In this document: positions 10,620 through 20,501 of the stretch, piece by piece
Layout of the letters: every line of letters begins with the position of its first letter
Position numbering within the stretch: position 1 is the first letter of the stretch
Position numbers and translations under genes: made by a program
From: an uncultured Armatimonadetes bacterium
GTDB taxonomy: Bacteria > Armatimonadota > UBA5829
Assembly (NCBI GenBank): GCA_963711155.1
Contig: CAVQDB010000004.1
Location: 336,486-400,485 of the forward strand
Direction: 5' to 3'
Length of the DNA stretch: 64,000 nucleotides
The notes under the pieces: model-generated
What the model saw: only the letters and a program-made list of their open reading frames with translations
What the model was told of the DNA's origin: nothing
The model's database searches: none

Positions 10620-10924
10620 CCCCGAAAGACTTCCTTCAGGAACCGGACTACCGCGCTCTGCGGAGTCTTCTTCGGGTCGGCCTTGGCGACGGAGTTCTGA
10701 ATGGCGTCCTTTGCCGCTGCCGAAAGGTCGGCCTCAGCCTGCGCGACTCTGCTCTTGATCTCGCCCGCGCCGATGCGCTCGATGATCCCGGTAACGGTAT
10801 CAAGCGCCGCCGACTTGGCCTTGCCCCAGGCCGTGAGCTTGATGACTGCGATAAGCGAGACAAGGAACGCAGCCACGACCTCCCGGTTCTCGACGACTGT
10901 CTTGATGATCTGATCCAAATGCAC
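10610..10924 (-). CDS. Hypothetical small protein (one hydrophobic helix)
   Basis: Intact 104-aa ORF (MHLDQIIKTVVENREVVAAFLVSLIAVIKLTAWGK...) between gpD and the spike gene. Confidence 0.4.
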   Translation of the reverse strand: MHLDQIIKTVVENREVVAAFLVSLIAVIKLTAWGKAKSAALDTVTGIIERIGAGEIKSRVAQAEADLSAAAKDAIQNSVAKADPKKTPQSAVVRFLKEVFRGCS

Positions 10925-10939
10925 TGATTTGCCTCCTCG

Positions 10940-12276
10940 TTAGTTGCTGATGATCCGACCGGTGTTGGCGTCGATTCGGACCATCTTCGGCTTGGGCTTC
11001 ACTGGCCGCGCCTGCGTTGATCGCTTGGCATCCGACGCGCGCTTCGCCGACTTGGCCGCCTGCCGCTTCGGGTGTCGCGGAGCTTCCTGCTTGTTCTGCT
11101 TGCCCTTGACCTCGGTCGCCTTGCCTCCCGCGCCCTTGCCGAGAGCATTGCGCTTGAGCTTGAGCTCGCACGAGTAGCCGTCCTGGAAGACGTGCCGCAC
11201 GGAAGTGCAGTAGTAGGTCCCTGAGAACTTCCTGCCGACGCCCCTGACCTCGATGTTCTGCTTTGCCACAAGAGCTCGGGATGCCGATGGTCATGGCCGT
11301 CGCTTCGACCTGCTTCATCTCGGCGTTCTTGAACTGGCTCTCGGCCTTGTCCTGAGCCGGCTCCTGCCGAGGCTCTTCGTGAAACGACTCCGAGCGCTCC
11401 GATGCTCGGCACGATCTTGCCGGACTCCTGCTTCCTGAACTTGCCTTCGCCCGTGCTGCCATCGACGAGATATGTCTTCTTGCCGAGAGACGCCCGATCC
11501 GGCGTCGTGGCGTTGTTCGCCTTGTGCTCGACGGGCTTCTTCTTGCGCGGGTCGACGCCGACCGCTTTCGTCTCGGTCCCCGCGCCCTTCACCGACTGCG
11601 ACTGCGTGGACGGCTTGAACGAGCGCAGCACGCCCTCACGGTCGGTGAAGTACTCCAGCACAAGGGCGGGCCTCGCGGCGAGTCCGCGCGGGTGAAAGTG
11701 CAGCTCGTCGTCCTGAACGTAGAACACATATCCCGTCACCCCTTTGCCGTCGCGGTCCCTGGACTTCGCGGCCAGCTCCTTCAGGAACTGCGCGTCCGAC
11801 TTGTTCGCCTGGACAACCCGCAGATGCCGGCCGACCGTCTTCGTCACGACCGGCGTCAGCCCGTGTTCGCGGGCGATCTGCTCGGCGATCTCGGAGTAGA
11901 GAATCCCTGGAGCCGGCTTCTGCCAGACCCGCTGGATCTGCTTGCCCGCGAGCTTGTGGCCCTTGTCGTAAGCCTTGAGCTGGATAGTCGGGTCGCCGCC
12001 ATCCGGGAAGTCGTAATCTATCTCCTTGATGACGGCGACCTTCTTTAGTGAGAGGTCATCGGCATACCCGAAGCGGGCGACGATCTCGTTGCCTTCCTGG
12101 AACAGCGGATCGTCCACGAACTGCAAATACCGGTCGGTGATAGAGACCTCCATCACGTCGAGTTCCTCCTCGTTGTCCTCGAAGACGAACGAGGTGATCT
12201 CGTGCGTGATGTCCTTTGACAGCCTCCTGCCCTCGATCTCTATCAGGAATGTGGGCTGATATACGTCTAGCTCCAC
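10940..12276 (-). CDS. Phage late control D-like protein (gpD / baseplate hub family); at least 2 apparent frameshifts (11280-11420)
   Basis: VELDVYQPTFLIEIEGRRLSKDITHEITSFVFEDNEEELDVMEVSITDRYLQFVDDPLFQEGNEIVARFGY... and C-terminal ...NIEVRGVGRKFSGTYYCTSVRHVFQDGYSCELKLKRN match the Phage_GPD pattern. The probable start is GTG 12276; the track ORF starts at 12312 inside the promoter motif. Confidence 0.8.
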
Positions 12277-12309
12277 TCGACCCGCCTCGGGTGGTCGAAC
12301 GACCTCTCC

Positions 12310-12344
12310 CATTGATTACTTACCGGGGAAGCGGGGAAGTGTCG
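12310..12344 (-). promoter_or_regulatory. Copy A of a 5-copy conserved promoter-like motif
   Basis: Minus strand reads CGACACTT-N12-GGTAAGTAATCAATG, directly upstream of gpD. See the other copies at 30399, 39862, 44332 and 47467. Confidence 0.55.
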
Positions 12345-12518
12345 AGGACTGCCACTAAGCATGTGAAAACTGGACTGCGGACTCGCAGATGCATCTTGGG
12401 ACAGAGAGGAGCGATTGGCCAATACAGGTGGGGGTATGGAAATGGGTGACGTGAGACTTGCTGAGCGTCAGGCCAAAACGTAGGCAGTTAGCGTTTCGGC
12501 TTGCAGGAATCACCGTGT

Positions 12519-13843
12519 CTACGCTTCGGGATAGAGACGGACAGCAAGCCCAAGGTGTGCGCCAACATACTCGACAAAGTCTTTGGTCGGCATATCAAAT
12601 CCACCGTCCGTGACGATAAGCAATTCATTAACACCGGCGTTCTTGGCCGGTCCCTCAATGATCTCAATCAACGGCCTGGCATTTGTCCCATCGTCCAAAG
12701 CTAGACCGGTATAGGTGTCGTGGCCGTCCTGCAACCATTTATGGAAGCCGGTCATGCACTGTGCGCTACCAGCGAAGCAAACAAAATCGTCTATGCATCC
12801 ATGGTCTTCGCCTTTTTCCAGAAGCTCGGATCGCAATGAACTGAGAGCACTAGGCAGAGAGTCACTGAAGCTACTTGACAAATCGATACAGACCAACCTG
12901 TTCAGTAGTGACGGGTGGAGTTGCTCCAGCTTGTCCAGTAGCAATCCAAGCCCTCCACCGCCCGGATGGCAGTCGTAAATGAGAAACGCACCTCGGCGAA
13001 TTCAACTGGATTTTCCAGCCCAAGGCCACTCTTGTCGAAATACTCAGCAACAAGAGAGAGGTCAGCCCCAAAGCTAGTCTTGTAACGCTCTGCTGTTTCC
13101 TTGTAGTCAGATAGCGTATACCCGCCCGCTTCGGAATGCTTGGGGTCCAGACTCCACATAGCTTTCGCGTCAACAGATGGGCCGGACAGCAGCGATATGT
13201 CGGGCATGTTTCCCGACGACCTATAGAGCTGATAGAAGAGGTAGTAGCTTTGGCTGCGCCCGTGGACTACAGCGCACGGTTGTGAGCTTCGAGCGTACGA
13301 AAGCGACCACTGAAAAGGCAGACTGCCTCCACGTTGTTGTGTTTGGAGCAACTCGACTTTGTATCCTTGTCTGCGCAGCCATTGAACGACCGTTAGAAGC
13401 ATCCATATTTCGTACAACTGCGGACGAGTTGACCAGATGTCCAAACGGATAAGGTCCTCCAGCTGGCTCTCTCGTTGAGCTAGGTTGCCGAGCAAGAAGG
13501 CATCTTCAAGGAATCTGTCAAGCAGAGATGGAAACGCCTTCGAAGTGCATCTGGCGATATCAGACTCGGAAAGCTCCCCGCGATCAGCATGTCGTGAGCC
13601 GCGACGACCTGTGCGCAAGGGCTTGTTTAAGGTTCTTTCCGCAACACTGACGAGCTCGTGAGCATCACGAAGGATGAGAGTGAGCATTTGTGGTCGTAAT
13701 CCGGTCGGAATGGCCTCGATCTTATCTATCAGTGCAGCAACCTTGCTGACCAGATGAGCGAGAACACTCTGGGCGCGTTCATCGGATCTATCTCTGTAGT
13801 CGTAGACCGTTTCGCGTCGTATATACGAATCCACGACGTTCAA
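12519..13843 (-). CDS. PD-(D/E)xK nuclease-like (McrC/DUF2357-like core) fused to a vWA domain; 1 apparent frameshift near 12950
   Basis: Nuclease-like core: LYEIWMLLTVVQWLRRQGYKVEL...GNMPDISLL...AMWSLDPKHSE (PD...D-x-K). After the frameshift, ORF 12519..12944 shows a vWA MIDAS-like signature: VCIDLSSSFS (DxSxS) ... LLIVTDGGFD. The region is visibly lower in GC than its neighbours. Confidence 0.5.
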
Positions 13844-13912
13844 ACGTCGGCTAGAGCGGGGCTCCGCATCTTCAAGAAGACTCCTCCATATCGGACGGAA
13901 GCTCCGCCAGCG

Positions 13913-14305
13913 TTAATGAACGTCCTGTAGCTCCGCATCCAACCTCGACCAATCACTTACTGATGCCATATCGCTGAGCAGGCCGATTGTTTGTTGAGAT
14001 AGATCGAGATCCACTGCGTCTCCGCTCGCGGTAGGGTCTTTCAGCATGAAGATGCACCCTGTAGTTCTAATTGCTATGCCGAAAGACTCGAGCGCGGAGA
14101 ACACCTGCTGCAGCATCCGTAGGGTTGGGTCGGCGGCAATCAGCACCAGCCGAACCACCTCATATCTTGGGAGGGAAGAGAGTGTATCTGCGAGTTGTGT
14201 CGGATTGGAGTCGTCAGGTAGCCCGCACGCAGCAGCGATTCTCTGGCGCTCGTGTGAGTCGATCAATGACAAAAACCTGCGAGTTGAGATTGCGAAATCG
14301 TCCAT
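13913..14305 (-). CDS. Hypothetical protein (first gene of the low-GC cassette)
   Basis: Intact 130-aa ORF (MDDFAISTRRFLSLIDSHERQRIAAACGLPDDSNP...). No family recognised. Confidence 0.4.
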   Translation of the reverse strand: MDDFAISTRRFLSLIDSHERQRIAAACGLPDDSNPTQLADTLSSLPRYEVVRLVLIAADPTLRMLQQVFSALESFGIAIRTTGCIFMLKDPTASGDAVDLDLSQQTIGLLSDMASVSDWSRLDAELQDVH

Positions 14306-14525
14306 CTAGTAGGCGACCATATAGGTTGATAGTCCGGTGCAATTGACAGCTAGCCGTTGAGTCCCGACATGAGTCAATGACGACTCCTCCGCCACTGGGC
14401 AAGCCGAATCCTTCATTCTGCACTCTGCGTTTGCGTCGGGCCTGTGCCGAGGCAAGCCAAGAATTTGCGATTCTCGACCCACGCATTCCCGTATGCAACA
14501 CCTGCTTAGTCCGTGTCCCACGTGT

Positions 14526-14816
14526 TCACACGAGCAGGCGCATTTGCACGAGTTCGGCCGACGCTACTCTCAGCACCATCCCCACCTCCAACTCCAGCGG
14601 AGAGAAGATGTCGTTGTAGTCGCAGATCACCCACCACAGATCAGCGCGGCCGAGGTAGCGGTAGGCGATGAGGTCGATCCGGTCGCCCTCGACCACGGTG
14701 TGGAAGACATCATCGGGCTGAGGCGAGGTGTCGATGCGAGGCCGCGTGCCCAGGAACTCCTCCTGCCCATCGACGTAGAGCACGCACGTTGCGTATCTGG
14801 AATCCGGCCCTATCAT
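14526..14816 (-). CDS. Tail protein X (P2 gpX-like, LysM-like fold)
   Basis: ...HTVVEGDRIDLIAYRYLGRADLWWVICDYNDIFSPLELEVGMVLRV matches the Phage_tail_X/LysM pattern. An ATGA overlap joins it to the upstream gene. Confidence 0.75.
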   Translation of the reverse strand: MIGPDSRYATCVLYVDGQEEFLGTRPRIDTSPQPDDVFHTVVEGDRIDLIAYRYLGRADLWWVICDYNDIFSPLELEVGMVLRVASAELVQMRLLV

Positions 14817-15285
14817 CTGCGCACCTCCGTGTAGCTGACTGACTTCTGCACTATCTCCTCAAGCGTCATCTCCACCTCCGCGTGCTGCGGCAGAAGGCTT
14901 CTCGGAGTCGAACATGTGGAAGTAGCGCGCCCGCACCTGGCGCACGATGCAGAGCACGCCCGGATAGAGGTCGCCGAGGAAGAAGAGCACCTTGTGCGGG
15001 GCGTTCTTGAGCATGGTCTTCGTCGTGCTGCGGGTAGAGAAGCGACTGCAGCCAGGCAACTTTCTGCTTCACAGGTCCCTTGAAGAACACGAGCTTGAAC
15101 GCGATCTTCCGCGCTTCGCCCGCCACATACTGATACCTCGGGTGGCTCATGCCCGGAATCTTTATCGTGGCGAAGTCGGTGCTCTTCTCGTCGGATACCT
15201 CGTCCGGGTTGTACTGGAACTCCAGCGACTCGCGCGTCACCACATCCACGAGATAGCCGGTCGTCTTCTTCAGATCGAGGCGCAA
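14813..15285 (-). CDS. Contractile-tail tube-like / tube-initiator protein (partner of gpX); 2 apparent frameshifts (near 15060 and 14890)
   Basis: TTG start at 15285. (M)RLDLKKTTGYLVDVVTRESLEFQYNPDEVSDEKSTDFATIKIPGMSHPRYQYVAGEARKIAFKLVFF... follows the FQ(Y/F)NP pattern seen in CIS tube-family proteins encoded before LysM/X genes. Confidence 0.5.
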
Positions 15286-15616
15286 AGCCGCACCTCCCGG
15301 ATCTCGACGATGCGCTTCCCAAGCAGCCGGGCGTGCGCGATCTCCCGGCGCATGCCATCTGAATATCCCATCGCCGACGTAGACCCAGACCTCATCGCAG
15401 ACTTCCATGAACCGCAGACCCAGGGATATTCCGAGCTCGCGCTGCGCCGGATCGTCGTCATCAAGGAACCTGCGTGTAGAGCAGGTGCGGAGCGAACGGC
15501 GCATATCCGGCCTCGACAGCCATCCGGCAGAGAGCCAGCGCGGTCTCGACGTTGCGCTCGATGTCACCGACGTATCTGCTGCAGATGAAGACCCGCCTCG
15601 CCTCAGGCCGACTCAT
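15270..15616 (-). CDS. Nucleoside 2-deoxyribosyltransferase-like fold protein (DUF4406/DUF1937-like); 2 apparent frameshifts
   Basis: MSRPEARRVFICSRYVGDIERNVETALALCRMAVEAGYAPFAPHLLYT...LDDDDPAQRELGISLGLRFMEVCDEVWVYVGDGISDGMRREIAHARLLGKRIVEI was reconstructed from three frames. The pattern recalls NDT-like phage proteins. Confidence 0.45.
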
Positions 15617-18600
15617 AGTTCTTGACCTTCTGCTCCCGCATATCTTTGTAGACCGACCGAGCAATCTGCCGGCCATCGAGCTTCGTGGTCACGCTCACCT
15701 CGATTGGCCGCTCGGAGAGTCCATCGAGCTTCGCCAGTATCGCTTCAAGAAGCGGTCGCAGATCGTCGGAACGAGCGGCGATGCCAGAAGCCTGCTCGGA
15801 CGCAAGAGACCCGCGCGTGACTGCCAAGGAGCCTTGATCTGTCAGCTGCTCTGCCGGCTGGTTGCGCGGCGGCGATGCTGGGCACAGCGCCTGCGACAAC
15901 CGGCGTGAGCGCGAGCGTGGCCGCCAGAGCGCTCGCCGGCAGTCCGACGTTCAGCAGGCTTCTCGCTGCTCCCAGGCTGCCGTGAAGCGCCCGGGCAGGC
16001 AGTTCCGACGCGCGAGAGATGCCCGCGCTGAACGCCTCAAGCATCGCCGCGCCGCTTCGGGTAAGCGTAGAAAGCGGACCCTCCTGCGCATCCGAGAATG
16101 GCAGAAGTCTTCTCAGCCGCGACAGCGCCGACCTTGCCGCCTCATACGGAGCGGCGACAGCCGAGCGGATACCGCTGGCGATGGTGGTCATGACAGATCG
16201 GCCGCTTTGGAATGCCGCCGACACCAGGCTCGACGAACTGGAGAGGATGTAGGAGAACGCGTTCGATGCCGCTCCGCGCACGGTAGACCATGCGGCAGAC
16301 GCTCCGCTTGCCAGCGCGCTGAACGGCGCTCGCAGCCAGCCCGCGGCATTGGATGCCATTGAGGTGATGCTCGACCAAGCCGATGCGGCCGATCCCCTGA
16401 CACGCGACCAGACGGACCCAGCGAAGCTGCCTATCTGTGAGAATGCTCCCGAGACAGTGGAAACGAGGCCCGACCCAAGGGCACGCAGTTCGTCCCAGAC
16501 CCAGCTTGCCGCGTTAAGCATGCTTCTGAACACCGCGCTCAGGACCTGACCGGGGAGCGAGATGAGAGACTGCATTCCCTGGGCGAGAGTGCGCAGGATC
16601 GCCGCACCGGAAGCCGTGAGAGTTGAGAGCGGTCCCTCCTGGGCATCGGAGAATGGCAGCAGCCTTCGAAGCCAACCCAGCGCTCGCTTCAGCACCTCGA
16701 ACGGATATGTCACCGCCGACCAGATTCCCTGGCCGAGCGTTATGAGTATTCGCTTGCCCGCCTCGGCGAAGTTGATCTGCCCGGAGATGAGCGAGCGGAT
16801 CGTGCCGAAGACGCTGAGTGATGGTGCTGACGACCGGCAAGCTCGAGAGATGCGGCCAGGAGCGAGTTGCCGGCCGACCTGAAGAAGCCACCAACGCCGG
16901 AGAACGCGTTCCGGAGCCAGTTCCACGTCGCGGATGCGACATCCCGAACCCACAGGAACGGAGTGGACAGGAAACCGAAGATTGCGCCGCCTATTGCCTT
17001 CAGCCCATCGACCACTGAGATGTCGCCGGTGATCATCCGCCAGACTGTGTACGCGACGCGGCCTACAGTAAGCAGCGCTTGGACGATCATGCGCAGCGGA
17101 AGCGAGAAGCGATAGACGTATGGAGCGGCGGCAACCAGCGCCGTGACGATGGTCTTCCCGAACCACACGACAGCCTGGACGACTGCCGCCACAATCCGGA
17201 TCACCCAGGAGAGCGGGTAGACGATGAACTTGATGATGTAGGCTGCGACCTGCGCGATGATGCCGAGGATCGTGCCGAGAGTCTGGCCGAAGCTCTTGAA
17301 CGAGGATGCATCCACGGCGGTAGTCGCCAACCCGAAAGCCGCGAAGACTGAGCCGAGCGCCTTACCCAGTTCGCCGAACGCTCCCATCAGCGCACGCACC
17401 GCTGGTTCCAGGATCGCCCGGATCTTGCCGAAGACAGAAGAGAACGCCTCCCACAGCCCTGACAGAAACTGTCGCACCCGGTAGTAGACCTGGAACACAG
17501 TTGTGACGAACTTGAGCAAGCCCGCTGCCTGCAGCTTCTGGGCGAGTTCCGCCGACATCTGTCCCGTTCCGCCCGAGAGCGACCCGATGAGCGCTCGGAC
17601 TCCCTGGAAGACAAGGCTTATACGATTCCACACGCCGAGGACGACATCCCGGATTCCGGCGAAGTTTGTCTCCCAGGCTTTCTTCAGCGCGATCACCGCG
17701 ATTACAACCGCCGCGATGACAGCAACCACCGGCCAGAAAGAGGCCGACACTGCCGATCCCACGCCGGCAAGCATCGGTCCCAGCGCCGCGATTCCGGCCT
17801 TGACTGCCGGCAGCACGATGCCGACCGTCCCCAAACCTGCGGTCACACTGCCCACCACGACCAGCGCCGCGCCGAGGGCCGCACACAGAGTCAGCACGAC
17901 CCGAGTCACACCCGGCGTCGATCTCGCCATGTCCTGTAGGTGCAGAATGAACCTGCGACACGCCCTGAAAGAGCGGGATCACCACAGGCAGCAGCGTACG
18001 CCCGAGGATTTCGGCCAGGTTGGCAAGCTGCTGCTTCACAAGCCCATACTGCGAGCCGATGTCCAGGTTCATTGCCTGGGCCATCTTCTCGCGTGACGAC
18101 GGTTCCAGACTTCATCGCCTGCTCGACGGACTTGATATTGCCCTCGAGCTGGTCCATCCCCATCGACATCTGAAGCAGGAACCGCACTGCCTCGTCCGAG
18201 CCGAATGCTTTCTTGAGCTGGAGTTGAGCCTCGGCGTTCGAGAGGTCGGGAAAGCCGCGCTTGAGTTCTTGCAGGATCGGGATGATGCCCTTGAGCCGTC
18301 CCTGGGTGTCGGTGAACGAGAGTCCCAGTTCCTGACCGGCCTTGGCAACCTGCATCATGAATGCCTTGTATAGCGTGCCTGCTTCCGAGCCCGGCATTGT
18401 TGTCTGAAGCTGACCGAGGATCGCGATCTGCTCTTCAAGAGGCACGTTGGATGCGGCGGCGATTGCGCCGATGTTCTTGATGGCCTCGGCCATCTGCGGA
18501 CCGGTGGTCTTGAACTGGGCGACGGTCTGAGCGAGCGCGCCTGAGAACATCTTCGCCCAGTCGATGTCGGACATGTCCTTGGCGAGCGGCTTGAAGATGC

Positions 18601-19086
18601 CGTATCCCGTGGTGAATGTTTCCACCATCTCCTGCGTGGTGGCTTTCGTGGCCTTGGCCGTAAGCGCCGCCATTGCCGCGAACGTGCCGACCGCCTGATC
18701 CGAGAGGCTGGCAAGAGCGGACTTCACATCGTAGGCAGCGGATATGAACTCGGCTTTGTTGGTGCCGGCCCACTGGTTGGTGAACGACTCGGCGGCGTCC
18801 TCCATTGCCCGGAAGTCCTTGACGCCAACTGATGCCAGTTCGCCCAGAGCCTTCTGCGTGGCGGCAGTAGACGCGACAAGACCGGCAGGAATCGCCAGAA
18901 GAGCAAGGCCTGCGCCGGTCATCATCGTGCCTTTCTCGATGAGACCGAGGTTGCGGGTCATGTTGTCACTGGCGGCTTCGACCGACGCATCCAGAGTCTG
19001 CATCGATGACTGGATACGCGTGGCGTTCTGAGTGAACGCGTCCTTGAGGCTGAAACGATTATGCCGAGGCCGAGGTCACTCATCAT
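15603..19086 (-). CDS. Tail tape measure protein; at least 5 apparent frameshifts
   Basis: The N-terminal third (...FTNQWAGTNKAEFISAAYDVKSAL...IAILGQLQTTMPGSEAGTLYKAFMMQ...LKKAFGSDEAVRFLL) is a canonical TMP core. It is followed by a long Ala/Gly/Ser-rich TM-like and helical region. An internal duplication, LRRLLPFSDAQEGPLSTLT(A/R)SGAA, occurs at about 16037-16130 and 16591-16685. The gene sits directly after the chaperone gene (ATGA overlap at 19083-19086). Confidence 0.9.
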
Positions 19087-19259
19087 TTCCGATTGCGCTC
19101 CAGTTCCTGGCGCTCGAAGTCGAGCTGCCGCTCAAGTGCGTCGACGAAATCCTGCCGCGTCCTGATCGGCAGCTTTGCGACCTCGGCATACTCCCAGTGA
19201 AGCCCTCCGTAGGCGAGGAAGAAGGCGTCCTTCAGGAGCGAACTCCGGGGAATAAAAAA
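19083..19259 (-). CDS. -1 frameshift extension of the tail assembly chaperone (gpGT/E+E' analogue)
   Basis: The -1 frame is open from 19310 to 19083 and encodes ...FFIPRSSLLKDAFFLAYGGLHWEYAEVAKLPIRTRQDFVDALERQLDFERQELERNRK. It ends in an ATGA overlap with the TMP start. Confidence 0.6.
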   Translation of the reverse strand, partial: FFIPRSSLLKDAFFLAYGGLHWEYAEVAKLPIRTRQDFVDALERQLDFERQELERNRK

Positions 19260-19911
19260 GCGGGTTCGGCCTCCAGCTTCGTGCGGATTCGCGCGCCGCA
19301 GGAGTCGCACTCACACTCGATATTGGTGTCGATTCCAGCATCCACGCGGAGCATCTCAGCCCGCAGCGCGCTCCGGTCCCGCATCGACATCTCCGCGAGC
19401 GCTTTCTTCGAGGGAGCGGTGCCGTCTATCTCCAGAATGCGGATCATCATTGCGGCGGAGATGTTCGGCTCCTGCATCTGAGCCAGCCGCTTCTCTTTGT
19501 TGCCGTCGAGGTGGACGAACTTCACCTTCTCGCCGGAACCTGGCAGCGTGAAGGCGAACTCGCGCTCTTCGCCATAGGGCGTGACCGGAAGATCGTTGAG
19601 GTTCACGACGACATGGTTCTTCGCTCGGCAAGCCGTGTTCGGAGCAGACCGGGTCGAGTTCGACCTCGTCGCCGAGCGATACCTGTCGCAGCCGCACAAG
19701 CGTGAAGAGCCGGTCGCCGGAGAGCATGTTCAGCATGTCGCTCGACCGCCGGCTCGTCGCTGTCGCCCAGCCGGAGGATGCAGTTCGCAAGCACACGGTT
19801 GACGGCGTCGCCGCTTCGGATCAGCCGCTGATTGGTAAGCAGTTCCTCCTCCGCGCCGGTCATCTCCCGAAGCTCTATCTCAGGCCCGCTGGGCAGTTCG
19901 AATGTATACAT
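19232..19911 (-). CDS. Tail assembly chaperone, 0-frame product (gpG/gpE analogue); 2 apparent frameshifts near 19750 and 19620
   Basis: MYTFELPSGPEIELREMTGAEEELLTNQRLIRSGDAVNRVLANCILRLGD...DMLNMLSGDRLFTLVRLRQVSLGDEVEL...IECECDSCGARIRTKLEAEPAFLFPGVRS. RBS GGAGG. It occupies the position immediately upstream of the tape measure gene. Confidence 0.65.
19253..19259 (-). promoter_or_regulatory. Programmed -1 ribosomal frameshift slippery heptamer T_TTT_TTA
   Basis: Minus strand reads GCT TTT TTA in the chaperone 0 frame, an X_XXY_YYZ heptamer. Five nt downstream is GGAG-TTCG-CTCC, a small UUCG-tetraloop hairpin. Confidence 0.6.
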
Positions 19912-20380
19912 GCTCGCCTCCTAAATCCAGTACCTGGTAGCAGATCGTGATCTTCTCGATGGTGTTGTCGGAGCTTCCGCCTTCGAGGTCGTCATACTCA
20001 AGCGACTTCACCCAGGCCCCGACAAGCGTCCATCTGCGCGTCTCGTTGCCCGCGCGGTCGTAGCGGACGATGTCGATATCGCGCATATACTCTTCCGGCA
20101 GTGTGCCGACGCCAGCGTTCACATCGGCCTGGATGCGGACCCAGTCGCGGGCAGCCTCGTCCGAGCCGTCAGCGAGCACGCCCTTCTCAAGGGTGACATC
20201 TCCGAACTTCATTCGGCCGGCGACCTTCTGGTCGAACATCGAACCTGCCGGCGCGAACGCGACTTCCTCGAACTCGGTCTTCGGCTCCTGGCCTTTCTTG
20301 AACAGAGCCACGTCAAACCCGTTCACCTCGATGGCGAACTGCCAGTTCTGATATAGGCTCTGAGGCATCATCACTTCCAT
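19880..20380 (-). CDS. Tail tube protein (T4 gp19-like / contractile tail tube family)
   Basis: ...WQFAIEVNGFDVALFKKGQEPKTEFEEVAFAPAGSMFDQKVAGRMKFGDVTLEKGVL...RWTLVGAWVKSLEYDDLEGGSSDNTIEKITICYQ. The 3' end may be frameshifted: the alternative end YQYWI-stop lies just before the chaperone RBS. Confidence 0.85.
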   Translation of the reverse strand: MEVMMPQSLYQNWQFAIEVNGFDVALFKKGQEPKTEFEEVAFAPAGSMFDQKVAGRMKFGDVTLEKGVLADGSDEAARDWVRIQADVNAGVGTLPEEYMRDIDIVRYDRAGNETRRWTLVGAWVKSLEYDDLEGGSSDNTIEKITICYQVLDLGGEHVYIRTAQRA

Positions 20381-20501
20381 AGTTTCACCTCTTGCGGTTT
20401 CAGTTGACTGATTCTGTCGTGTGCGATATGCTTATGTCAGATGACTTGCCTGTCCCAACTATGTGGCGCAGGTGTCACGCGCTGGTTTGCCCGAAGCCAC
20501 T

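Noticed and set aside
12345-12518. Short hairpins (CTGCG-GACT-CGCAG; TGACG-N14-CGTCA) as a terminator after the nuclease-vWA cassette
   Set aside because: The stems are only 5 bp and have no U-tract, which is too weak to call.
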